Below are positions 38,748 to 50,857 of a stretch of 64,000 nt of DNA, one piece after another. The notes below the pieces were generated by a model, which saw only the letters and a program-made list of their open reading frames with translations, did not search any database and was not told the DNA's origin. A program made the position numbers and the translations under genes. Origin of the DNA: Basidiobolus meristosporus CBS 931.73 (taxonomy: Eukaryota > Fungi > Basidiobolomycota). The stretch lies in the NCBI GenBank assembly GCA_002104905.1, contig MCFE01000472.1, forward strand, positions 1 through 64,000. The letters are read 5' to 3'. Positions within the stretch are counted from its first letter, which is position 1. Each line of letters starts with the position of its first letter.

Positions 38748-39773
38748 TTTAGGAGAGTGATGAGGGGAAAACGATGTTGATAGAGCTCTAGATGAATATA
38801 AATCCACTTTTTCTTCTACTCCGGGTAGCTGCGATTACCCGCATAGTGAGATAGCTTATAAACATTCCTAAACCGGCATTTATCGGATTCATCCACCGAA
38901 CCACGAACCACGAACCACGAATTCAGATCCGCTCCCATTCCATAAAACGACATGGTGTTGTGGCTTGAAGCCTGTATATTTGTTTATTTTCAGCCTCACG
39001 AGCAATGATCGAAACAATATTGGTCCAACTTTATATATTAGGCAAGGGACTTTGATTCTTTTTGGCATGGCACTGGACCATGTTCCGAGGCTTGAAGACC
39101 TTTGTTATTTTGGCGAAAGCTGGAATTAAAATGTTTATCCTGCTGCTAGTGGTGCTGACTCGTAATCGGCAATTTGGAATAGCACAACCAAGATTGTTCT
39201 TGCCCCTAGGAACAGGTGATCAATAAGCAAATTTAGAAAGAGTTTTCAGGAGTAAAAGTTTCCGTAATCATCCTGAACACAGCTATGGTGGCAATCCCCC
39301 ATCTTCCAATCTGACCTGGTTATTGGCCCAATCCAAGGACCGGCCGTGTACATCCTAATCCTGGATGCCAAACCGTCGGGGCTGTTCGCCGAATCCGATA
39401 TGATTTACTCGGATCGGACGGCGTATTGACGAGAATTCGGCCGAAAGCGAATGCATGCATGGAAACGTGTTTGGAACTAAATGCACGCATTGGTAGGATG
39501 GTGGAATGGGATATTTGCTGCAAAGGACCAAGAATTTAGGGTTTTCAGCATTCAACTTGTAACTTTCAAATACTACACTGCAATTCCGCGAAGTTTAGCA
39601 TCTTCTACATGTTACATGTGCATAATCTAATACAACGTTATTACCAAATATCGTGCATCGGTGTTTCATCATTTGGAACCGTGATCCAGCTAACTCTTGT
39701 ATAAATGGATCACTTTCCACAATTGGCACCCCCTACTCTATCCCACTCCCCTCACCACTGTCCATTCCTAGTC

Positions 39774-40331
39774 ATGAAATTCATCGCTACAACTGGCTTG
39801 TTAGTATTGGCATTGAGCCAACTCACTAGTGCCGTTTACCTTAATGAAGGTATTGATGAGGTCCAAGCCAGTGATGAATTTAACTTCAATAGTATTGTCA
39901 AGTCCCTTGGCAAGCGGATAGCTTCAAAGGTGTTCGCAAATCTAGGAACTGGACTTGGTAAGATTCTTGATGGCTCCGGTATTGGTGGAACTTTTGGAGG
40001 CCGTGGACATGGTAGCATCGAAGGAAAACGAGGCCAAGGATTTGGTGCCGGATTCGCAGGTAATTTCCGCGGGCGAGGTGCTGGCAACTTCAAGGATATA
40101 CTTGGTGGTGAGATCAAGGGTGGAGGTAGAGGCTCTGGGGGTCTTGGGTTTGGTAAGAAATACAAAGAAGGGCTGAAGGTATATGAGCCAAAAGCAAGCG
40201 ATAAGCCTGAGGATTATAAGGAGGGATTGGAATGGGTTAAAGGTGGTGAGGGAGGTGCCAATGGTGAATCTGCTAAAGATAAGAAAGAGGTGACGTCCGC
40301 AAAGGAGGATGCCTCTGAAGTTTACGCTTGA
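39774..40331 (+). CDS. Small secreted glycine-rich protein, divergent family member C (185 aa)
   Basis: Signal peptide, TATAAA at 39700-39705. The Gly-rich core aligns almost without gaps to members A and B (GNF, GG.GSGG.G.GK.Y). Confidence 0.85.
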   Translation: MKFIATTGLLVLALSQLTSAVYLNEGIDEVQASDEFNFNSIVKSLGKRIASKVFANLGTGLGKILDGSGIGGTFGGRGHGSIEGKRGQGFGAGFAGNFRGRGAGNFKDILGGEIKGGGRGSGGLGFGKKYKEGLKVYEPKASDKPEDYKEGLEWVKGGEGGANGESAKDKKEVTSAKEDASEVYA

Positions 40332-40798
40332 GCTTTAGAATGAAATAACCTTAATACTTTCTATGGCTGTATTTGAAATTTATTACGAGATCATAATAAA
40401 AATCGCCAAACCTAAGTTTGTTATCAAAGTAGATTTGACTATATTCAAACAGTTGATCACAATGATCCTCTAAGCAATATCAAAAATTGCAAGATATCAC
40501 ATTCATCTTTCCAAGTGTGTTACGGCCTTGCAAGGTTATATAGCGCTATCAGGAGTGAGTGTCTCATATGACTTACTTACGACACCGGTGTTTCAGAATC
40601 ATGCAAAACCGCTTCATAAATGTATGCACTCCTAATACCTTTCTTGATACGAGTTTGGCAATCAATGGGCCATTCATATCACCATTTGATATGGGGCACG
40701 AATGTATAAATATGGAGGAAGCGCTTTTCTTATCTTCACCTCTCCACTGCTCCAGTGTTTCCTCACTACCTTCTTCTGACTCCTTTCCTTTCTTCATC

Positions 40799-41200
40799 AT
40801 GAAATCCTTCGCCGCCATCGTTCTTGGAGCTATTGCTTTCAGTCAACTTGCATACGCTCTTCCCCAAGATGCCGATGCTGGCGCTGGTGTTGTTGAAGCT
40901 CCCGCGGTTGAAGCTAAAGACTCTGTTCGTGTCCCAGGATTCCTGAGAAGTATTCATGACTATCTCAGAGAGAACATTTCTGCTAGCGGCGAAGGATCTT
41001 TGGGTGGAGTCGGACAAGCCGGATACAAGAGTCGCTTTATCCCCGGCCTAGCTGGAGGACTCAAGGGTAACTTCGGAGCAACCGGAAATGGAAAGATCGA
41101 CAGAGAAGGTATTCGTGGAGATGGTGACATTGGTGGAAGCGGCTCCGGTGGTATTGGAGTTGGCAAAGGATATGGATTTGAGAAGACCGACTACGAGTAA
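40799..41200 (+). CDS. Small secreted glycine-rich protein, family member B (133 aa)
   Basis: True start MKSFAA at 40799, TATAAA at 40705-40710, inverted paralog of 35480-35878. Confidence 0.88.
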   Translation: MKSFAAIVLGAIAFSQLAYALPQDADAGAGVVEAPAVEAKDSVRVPGFLRSIHDYLRENISASGEGSLGGVGQAGYKSRFIPGLAGGLKGNFGATGNGKIDREGIRGDGDIGGSGSGGIGVGKGYGFEKTDYE

Positions 41201-41971
41201 TGAAGTCACTTAGACTGATTTGAAGTACACATCAGATTTGTATCAATGAGTTCGGTAGGAAAAACTGCCTAGCTCATGAATAAACTCCAAACCTTTCACC
41301 AAACTATAAACCAATTGTGTATGAATTCAACTACAAATATTTACGGGCCAGTCCTTTTAAAAAACAGGCCAAGAATCAATGGTACAATGGCCGGGTCACT
41401 GATAGAAGTTCGTTCCAACTAATAATCTAGTGCAATCGTCGATTAGCATTTACCAGTCAGTATGCTCCTTTTAGTGGGGATGGTAAATGTAAGAACCATA
41501 CAAATTAAATTATGACTTGATGACTATTCATGTGGCCACCCAGTCACATACACTGTGCAAATCAAAAATAAACAAGAATTATACATAAATCCTTCGACAA
41601 TATGGGTCTGATAACCAGTATAGAAGGCCCGAGATGCATGTATACAGATTAATCCGCATTGATGGGTGCTTAATTTTGAACTTGCCGCAAGCGAAGTGCC
41701 ACCATTTCCACGCGTATTTCTGCGGAGCTGCGATATACGAGCATCATTTTGAGATAGCCTACGCCTGATTAGAGATGACAGTTTGGATTCATGGTGTATC
41801 TCGAACTTTCCAAAATAAATAATTCAGTGTTTGAAGCATCACAAATTTTTGTCACCAGATGAATTAGTCAGTTCAGTGACGTTCGGTAAATTTTGAAAAC
41901 GAGTCAAGGGCGCTACGTAATTTCAAATATATTTAAAATTTCTACCACTTGCACTAACGCTTACTATTCCC

Positions 41972-43520
41972 ATGAACTCGATTCGAGGCACTTTGCTCAG
42001 AAACCCCTCTCTACTAAGGTCAGCTTCTTACTCTCGCCTTTGCTTTCCAAGAGGGCATACGAATGAGTGGATAGGGAGTATCCAGCGATTCACCCCGAGA
42101 GTCTTGGCTACTCAAACTCAAACTTTTTCCTCGCTGAGGAGGGAGCGTGTAGTTGGTAAGATTTGCGCGATTTGAATCTGCTTCTCCCGGATAGCACGCA
42201 CTTACTGAGCGACCCATAGGCAGCAGAAATAGAGTTCATAAAGACATTATACGTCGCCAACCAAAAGACAAAATTCAGAATGTCAACCCTGAATTGGTGG
42301 TTGCTGAATCAATTCCCGGCGCAGAGGCTACTATTGTAGAGGTTCCACATGATCCTAATGGAACCTTGGATATGGCAAACCCCGCAGCCAGACTTTTGGA
42401 GCACGGAACTGTTGTTGTCACGCGTCAGTTAGAAATGCTGAATATCTTTATGGTAAGCACCCACACACTTGTTGCAGGGCGGCGTATATTTACCTCCGTC
42501 TTAACCCGACCCAAAGGGATTCGAACAAGCCAACAAATACGCCATTGCTGATCAATACGGAAATTACCTTGGCTTCCTGGCCGAAGAAGATACATTTGGT
42601 AATACGCTAGCCAGGCAATTGCTCCGGACACATCGTAAATTCAATGCGACCGTATTGGACAAAGAAGGAAACGTTATCCTAAAGGTTTGGCGTATGCTAT
42701 AAATCTATAAAGTGTGTATGCAGTGGCTCTTACGCTCTATGGAAAGATTCATCGTCCATTTTCCTGGATAAACAGTCGGATCTTCATCTATCGAAGTGAT
42801 GATACTCTGATCGGGGAAGTTCAACAAGAATGGCATCTCTGGCGTCGAACATACAACCTCTTTATCAAGTACTCAATCCGTTAACCTTTAATTCAAACGA
42901 AAAACTAATCAACCAACAATACTTCAGGGAGCGTCAATTTGCCCGCATCGATTCTGGCTTCTTGTCCTGGGAGTTTTTGCTTCAAAACGAGCAGGGCGGA
43001 ATGCTGGGTCATGTCACTCGAAACTTCGGTGGATTTGCCCGAGAGGTACTATTGCTTAACCATCAGCTGAGCCTTGGGAAGTGACTAAATATCAGATCAG
43101 ATCTTCACAGACACCGGAACCTATATGTTGAAGATGGACGACGTCGAGGACAATGCTCGTGCGTTGACGCTTGATGAGCGTGCCGTTACTCTGGCTGCTG
43201 CCGTGACCATTGATTTCGATTATTTCTCTAGACACTCCAGGCATGGGTAAGCAATATTTGGTTCTGGGAATTTGCAAGTCTCAGCGAGGCTAAGAGAAAC
43301 ATTCAGAGGAATTCCATTCTTCCCGTTCCCCTTCTTTGGAGACGAGTATAGAGGCGACGAATCCGAATCGGCCGCCCCTCCATCCACCGATGTTCCATCG
43401 AGCGCAGGCACTGCCGCTGGCGCAGGGGTCGGCTCTGGACTATACGACAGTGATACCTTCCTTCCAGATGAGCAGGAACAAGGATCTATTTGGGACAACA
43501 TATGGGGTGATGATGACTAA
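41972..43520 (+). CDS. AIM25: Mitochondrial phospholipid scramblase family protein (AIM25-like), multi-exon
   Basis: Spliced segments give VVTRQLEMLNIF.GFEQANKYAI, RQLLRTHRKF, IGEVQQEWHLWRRTYNLF, FARID.GFLSWEF, TRNFGGFARE.FTDTG, LTLDERAVTLAAAVTIDFDYFSRHS. Confidence 0.9.
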
Positions 43521-43850
43521 ACTCCGCACGACCATAGCATATCCAAGTTTTGCAAGACACCCAAACTTCAGTTTTAGGAATAAATCCATTTAGCTCACAT
43601 TCACAACGCCCAATATTTTATTTTCGTGGACAACGCCATCTCACATCCACCTAATGTGCAGTGGCCTGAGGACACCAAGTGCAGAAAATACATTCGCTTC
43701 AGGATAGGTTCCCATTGGCTTCGCTGTGGAAGTACGATTGTTTTCAAAGCGAGCGAGAATTTATTGATATTTGAAGTTATGCAACATACGGCACGGCCTG
43801 GCCGAAAAACAGGTGCAATTTGTCTGCAACTAAATCGGGGCAAGTGTGTA

Positions 43851-46800
43851 CTAGAACGTGGAGGCCTTGACAGGCACATTCTCGGAATCTGGAAAGTCTA
43901 AGCGAACAAATACACTACCGAATGGAATGAGTTCTCCGGCAAAATTTCGTAATTCCAAGTGTCTATAGCCTGTTTACAATAGTGAAGTGAGCCATCTGGG
44001 TAGGAAACATCCAACGGTGCAATGTTACCTGGCTTTATATTTCCCAACAGGCTCGAGTGGCTGGCAAGAAACTGATCACGATGGTAGTCTTTATCATAAA
44101 TAGACACCCTATTGAGATGGTTATCGTTAGTGATGGGTCGCCAAAGATTGTCCATGGATAACATGGGCTTGTTTAACCTTAAGAAGCTTAAACCGAACTT
44201 CGGGACATTGAAAACGAATTTTTCATTCCATTGGGGATTGAATCCATTGTCCTCGACCTTCTTCGTCTTGCTCTTCTGTGTCGGTGTCCCGGGGGTTATG
44301 ACCTCGATTTCGCAGTACGGGTCCACTACTTCCCCATCCTCCGACTCTTGTGGCTTTGGTAATTGCTGTGCAGAGATGATCTAGGCAAGTGCGGAGAAGG
44401 ATTAGCGCCATGCCTTACGGAACTGATGACTCTGGAAACACAGGTACCTCAACAGCTAGCACAGCGCTAGAGTTGGGTGTTACGCCATCTTTGAGGAGAT
44501 ATGCCGGTTTAAGGATATACCCACAGCCACCATTGCCTTTGAAAAGTGCTTGGTTCAAATCCATGGATCTATCTGTTTTCAACAACGAATCAGCTCCAAA
44601 CCATCACTATCTGGTTGAAGGGACCAATCTACCGTATGTTTGATAGTTCAAAGCAACCACTTGGCACCCGGCAGCCCAGTGCGGTGTTGGGTCGTAGTTG
44701 GATGAGTTCACACGTGTTCCAGATGGGTAGATCCTGCTCAACTGAAGCTGATTGTACTTGATGTATTTGCCGAAGTCTTCCTCGCAGAATTTCAACGAAG
44801 TATGCTCCTTGAATGACGAGATCTCGTCGAATCGGCCTTCAATGCGAAGATCAGTCCTGAGAATGGCGAAAATCATTGACTGGTGAACTACATACGCTCC
44901 ACACCATCAAAGCCCTGGAAATGCACCGCTTTGCAGTACACAACCAAATCCGAGAGGGCCTTGGCAACCTTGACTTTTTTGGTTTTCGGCTTGCCTACTC
45001 ATCACATGGGGCATCAGTGTCTACTTTCAAATTGGTGTTCGCACCAGGTGGGCAAATTGCTTACTTTCCGATGCGGCCTCTGAGTCGGAGGAACTGACCA
45101 CCTCTTCGGACAACTCACTACGCACAATTTTTCCCTGGGATCAATTCAAATCAGCGGTGCTAATGACTTCCAAGTACATCGTTGTCTTCATACCTTGATC
45201 ATTATCTTATTTTTAAGCTTTGTGGGTGAAGGCAATGAAATGCCAGCCACATCTATGCTGGAGGTCAACAAGCTGTCGCCCAATATCTCAACAAGGATCG
45301 CAGCTATTCTCTCTTGCTGTGTCAAGGAGCAGTGCATCTCCAACGAAAGGATAAGCGGGTATGGGGACGCCACAAAACCATATTTCTTGATAGCTAGAAT
45401 GACATCGCGAAACAGGATTTTGGATGTCCTGTGCGAAACGCATGTGAGGACCGAATCAAATCGAGAGGGAAATACTTCTTACAGTGTATATCCGTGGTAA
45501 ATAATGGGCTCTCCATCCGCTCCATCCCAGCAGTCCACTGAAATATAATCTACCATCAGCCGAGGTTCAGAAATCCTGAAGAATAGTCAGCACATATTCT
45601 TACGCTCGACGCATCTACAGCCCATTCTTAATGCTCGGATGTAGCCTTCTACTGAGGACTCGCCCTTTAACTGGTCACTGAGAAGATAGCTATCGACATC
45701 GAGTTAAGGCATACTGCCAGTCTGTACAACTACACATCCCACTTACGTATTGTGTGACGAGGCAATGTAATAATAACTCAATGGAAGGTCCATGTCTTGG
45801 TACACTCCCAGACGATCTTTCTTGAAGTAGTGGCCATCGTCCGATAAGAGATAATTCTCCAGCCCAGAGAACTCGACTAATCCCGTAGCCTCGTCGCAGT
45901 ACTTGAGGTATACCTCGTTAGCTTCGGTGAGATCATGCTAAATGGCAAGTTAGCGACTAGTGCAAAGCTCTGATATCTCCATCAACATACCACCTTTTGA
46001 ATGTCCAGCAAAAAGTTCAGAAACTCCTGGCGGGTGAAACTCTCCGACCCGTCACTCACCAACACCTTAAATAGCTGGCGTAGGTCTTGGCGCTGTCGGC
46101 AAAAGTAAACCAGATTCTTGAACGCCTGGAAGTCCAGCTTTCCGCTTCCATCGGTGTTGACTTCCTACAGCAACGGGGGAATCATATTAAGGTTACGTTG
46201 GAAAAGAATCGGCCACTGAAGTCGTGGAAATACCTTGAACTTTAGCTTCAACAATTTGGAGGGGATGAAGATATTGAGCTGCTCAAACAGATTCTTAACT
46301 TCGGAGTAGTCCAATGTTTTGTCATTATTGCGGTCGGCCTGGGCCCATATTTTCTTTAACCAGCTCTCAAAGCGAACCTGTAAATAGTCCAATGCAGGCA
46401 ACTTTTCTCCATACTCGCCGACCTCTCTCAAAGCATTCACCCAGACATTTCTAAGTTCGGAACTCGCAGCCACCAGATTAAGACTCTTGTATTCCCCCTT
46501 TTCAACATACACTATACTAAACCAACGGGATTTGTATAGGGTCACTTCGTTGGGCTTGAGTAGCGCATTAAAAATAAAGGCCTCCTCATCGGTCCGAACC
46601 TCCTTTATCCATTCGATGTTGACTGTGTTGAAAAGCAGCGTGCTTCTTAGTATATCTGCTTAAGTGATGCTAAAGGAAGTTTCGGGTACCTACTGGGACT
46701 TTCCACTTTTTACCAGAGTTCCATTCAATGCGATTCAGATCAGGATCAATGCGGAACACTCTATCATGCTTGGCATTTGCGGAAACCTTGAGAAGTGTGT

Positions 46801-47162
46801 GAGGGGTAAGGAGGGCCGGAGGAAAAATCTTTGCTGCTTGGAAAAATAAAGATGGCACTTAGTTTGAGTAAACCGCCACGCACGAAATTTTGAGGCTGAC
46901 CTTGTGTGTGCGACACAGGATTAGACGGAGCACTGTCAGATATAATTGGTGCAGGTGTACTATCGACAGTCATATTTGGGATAACCGTATGCTCCATAGG
47001 CATATTCGGAACATTTGCATTCTCCGCAGGCATATTTGGAACATTGGCACCCTCAGAAGGCATGTTTGGTATGTTGGGTGGTTGAGCCGTCTGTTCAGAG
47101 TCAGGCATATTCGGTATGTTGGCTGTTTGGAAGGGGGTGTTGAACTGTAAAGACCTTTCCAT
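43851..47162 (-). CDS. PLC1: Phosphoinositide-specific phospholipase C (PH, EF-hand, X/Y catalytic, C2), multi-exon
   Basis: X-box [37 protein letters not shown]-box [30 protein letters not shown]2 [25 protein letters not shown]. Stop at 43851-43853. Confidence 0.95.
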
Positions 47163-50100
47163 GGCTAAAGAAATGACTTGGTCGTAAATCCAATAAAGTA
47201 ACAAGTGTGGATGCAGCCAAGTTCAACAAGGTGGATATAAGATTGGTGTAGGTAACCAAAATCATACCAATAAAACCGAACATGATATACATGATTGCAA
47301 ATATGATGCTAAATCATACATCTACGTCACACGCTACCGTTAAACAAAGTAGCCCAAACCCTAATCAGAACTGGTGTGTGCGCAGTAGATTCTTACCACC
47401 CTAGTTACCTCTGCTTCTGAAGTTAGCCTTTTTTTAAATTACAGGACTGGACATGGTTTCTGGGAACGAGTACAAATTGAATCTAGAAAAATATATGGAA
47501 TAAAAGCAGTCTACCTACTACTTGTCAAGATGCATCAGAACTCCGCCCCAACCTTTGCACATTTTTAGAGACCTGAGTCCCAAACTGCAGCAACGTTTAC
47601 CCTTGGAAGACTCTTGGCCTCAACCCCTTATTAGATATCAAAAATCGCAGGCCAAAGTGCAGTTTGTGTCTAGTCCCAAGTCATGCCGCTATTCCCTTCA
47701 TATCATTCAGATGACTCACAAAAGAGCAGTGTCTGTCCATTGAACTGCCTAATTCCAGCCAACCGATCACGGCTAAAGCACCTGATTGCAGGCCAACCCA
47801 AATAACCTGAGCTCTAAACGCGGCTGACCAAATTGATCATTATATTCTACAGCACCTCCTGAATTTACCACCGTACATATGCCAACTGCCTATGCCCCAA
47901 TCTATACCTAACCTCACCAGCACTTGGTGACCAATATGCTGAACACATCCTATTCAATTTATCGTGTGTCATCAGAGATAGCCTGTTGATTCACTTCGTC
48001 AGCGGAATTCCTGCATGCGCTCCTAACACCAAGGCAGGCTGTAATTGCTCTATCATTTGGACCGGGGATTCTACAGCTTAGGGCATTCTGCGACGTGTCG
48101 AGTAGAAAAGATACTGTCGCTGCTCTGGCCTAGTACTCTGAGCAGAAGGAGCTCCCCGCACGAACAAAGAATAAACATGCCTTTGTCTCACCATGGTGTT
48201 GAAGAGAATCACCATGGGGGATCATCTACAGAGTCAAGGCATGTTTCGAGTGTCGAGGCAGATGTTGGATGATTTCAACTGTCTACGTGTATGCCCTAGA
48301 CTATTGGAATTAAGCATAATTATTGTTTCATGGGCATCTTCACATGTCCGCTGGCCCCCGGAGCCAACACCATTCGTCAGGAGGGACAGCTATGAGATTA
48401 TCTACTCTTACGATTGTACAGCCGCCCGTTGATGTGCGAAATCTCAATTATTATGGTCCGACATCGAGATGGCGTCATCAATCTAGCCTGTCGCACACTC
48501 CGCATCCTGTTAACCATGACGGTGGTGCCAGCATCAATGCTTATGCTTCTGCGCATGATTTCCGAGAGCATCATATGAACTAATTGTCCATGTATGTGAC
48601 CCCTCGAGCATACAGTAGAGGGAGGTGAACACGACCAATGAACTGGGGCACTAGAACAGCAGCAATGAAAACCAAGTCGCAATATGCCATTGGCGGCAAG
48701 GTGTGAGCAATGGTCGAATCAGGCCCCTCTCCCTCGGAAAGCTTCACCAATCAGGGTCTGGGAGGAACCTCTGAATTAATTAGGTGCCCGCCATTATTCC
48801 GCATTAATAGTTACCAGCCTTTCCCAATGCAGTACTGTCGATGTCTGATACGGGTATGCCACCAATATTAATCGTAATTGAGCAGCCATTAATATGGACA
48901 ATTTGGAGCAAGCCAATGGGTGCCACTTGTGGATAATCTACGCAGCATATCAAATAAATGGAAACGTTTTAACTTGAAATCAATTGGAACCACTGTGCCC
49001 CCAGGATTGGGTGAGATCCGATCAACGTACCTCATATTTCCTATTTCCCATCTACATGATTGATACTGGTAATAGCTGGGAAAAGAAGGCCAGCAAAAGA
49101 AAATCAAATCCCCAATAGTTGTGCAACAGGTATTGGAGAATCTGATGTAGGCTGATCGAGGTGCAAGTGAGAGCTTACCATTGGGGATGTGGTTGCAATT
49201 ACTAGTGAAACATTAACTGTAGATAGAATCACCGCGGCCCCTGATGAAAAGGATACAGCCAGCCGGCAGTTTGCGCATGAGCTTCGTTCACCCTTGAGCT
49301 CCATGCTAGAGCGACCCAAATACATCGGCAGGGTTGTGGTGCCAAGCTGTATCGCAGAACCGCGCCTTCTCAAGAAGTGGTCAGATTCCTTCGATTCTTA
49401 TTTCGCCTGCTACTTCTGAGTTGGGTTACCCATATACTAGATTTATCTGGGTGCTTGCAAGTTACTAATGAGCTGTCGTACTTTATTGAAGTTACGAAGC
49501 AAGTGTCCCACTACAGATGGATCAGCCCAATTTAGCATTTTCATTAATCCCACAATGCCATCGGATTCTGCAACCCCTATCCATGATGGTTGAGAATAAT
49601 GCTCAGTGATGGCTGTCACAAAGCAAGAGATCATAGGGACGCCGGCATCTACTATTGTCGTGCAACATGAGTGAAATCTAATCCTGACTCACCCCTGGCC
49701 TTACTGTCATATGAAGTGCCACAGTGTTGCTCGAAGGGAGCTTGACATACATCTACTCTTCCTCGCCAAATCTGGTCGGGTGTGGAAAGCTGCCTGGGCA
49801 AGTACTTACCTGGCACCACCTTATCCTCGGCCAAATCACCCATCCCTCCATCTCCACCTATTGTCGGTAGAGTAGGTGAAGAAGCATTATGCCTCAAAAC
49901 ACCATTGCCCTGTCACAGTACGATGCTTTCATTGGCTCAGGACCTGCTCGGACGCGGATTTCCCGAATAGGACATGACTGCGATTCATATTGATATTTAT
50001 GGTTGCTTCGGCCAGAGCACGTGGACATCGCTAAATTGTCTAAAGAAATGTCTAGTATGAGGTGCTGCCTTCTGGATAGATGGTGTGAGCGAGCTGAATC

Positions 50101-50857
50101 CGACTCTAACGTAGACCCATATTTAGGCACTCGTTAATATCTCCATTCCATATTTGTGCCACATTAAGTTCTGCTTGTGTCCCCGTACTTTTTTCATTTG
50201 TAGCTTGATCGCACTACTTTGGTATCTTTTTAATTCATTCGTAATGATAGGAAATTCAGCTATCCATGATTATTCTTATCCTGATATTCTTTTTTGCACC
50301 AGTATATCCTGTGTTGATCCGCTGGTTTCCTGGGGAATGTGCTTCAGCTTCTGCCGTTCGTGGCAGATATACCACTGCTTATATAAACCGATTCCCCCTG
50401 GGATTCATACCTTTCTGTCATTGTTCATTGGTTTTGCTCAGGACAGTGAATTTTAGCTTTAGTATATCCACCTATCTGGACCCACCACTGTCGTCAATTA
50501 CCTACTTTCATCTCGTCTCTGGTTGGTTCTCCCCCTCAAAGGTAAACAGCTAATAATTTACTATGACGAAGTGGTACTGGCCTCCAGTGGTCTTGTTCTC
50601 ATGGCCTAACCTGTTTGACGGTACAGCACACGATCGATAATAGATAAAGTCCTGCTTTTCTGTTTTCCTCCTCCTAAAGGCAAAACCACGCCATGTCCAG
50701 TTTAATGTTATTTGCCAAACGATCCAATATTTTCCGGAAGCCTAAGTCGTGCAAAGCGCATCCATTAACTCAGGAGAACCTGATGGCCCATAACATTCTG
50801 GTAGCTACAACACTTTGGTTTGGTATCAGAGTTCGTTTTCACACATCCCCTTTGTAG

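Noticed and set aside
38893-38921. (accacga)x3 tandem in the PDB1 promoter
   Set aside because: Short simple slippage repeat with no evidence of function.
49189-49419. FAHELRSPLSSML resembling a histidine-kinase H-box
   Set aside because: Isolated short match with no HATPase domain or supporting frame; likely chance.
49802-49815. tacttacctggc resembling the U1 snRNA 5' end
   Set aside because: The downstream sequence lacks U1 stem-loops and an Sm site. It is better explained as the reverse complement of a consensus splice donor.
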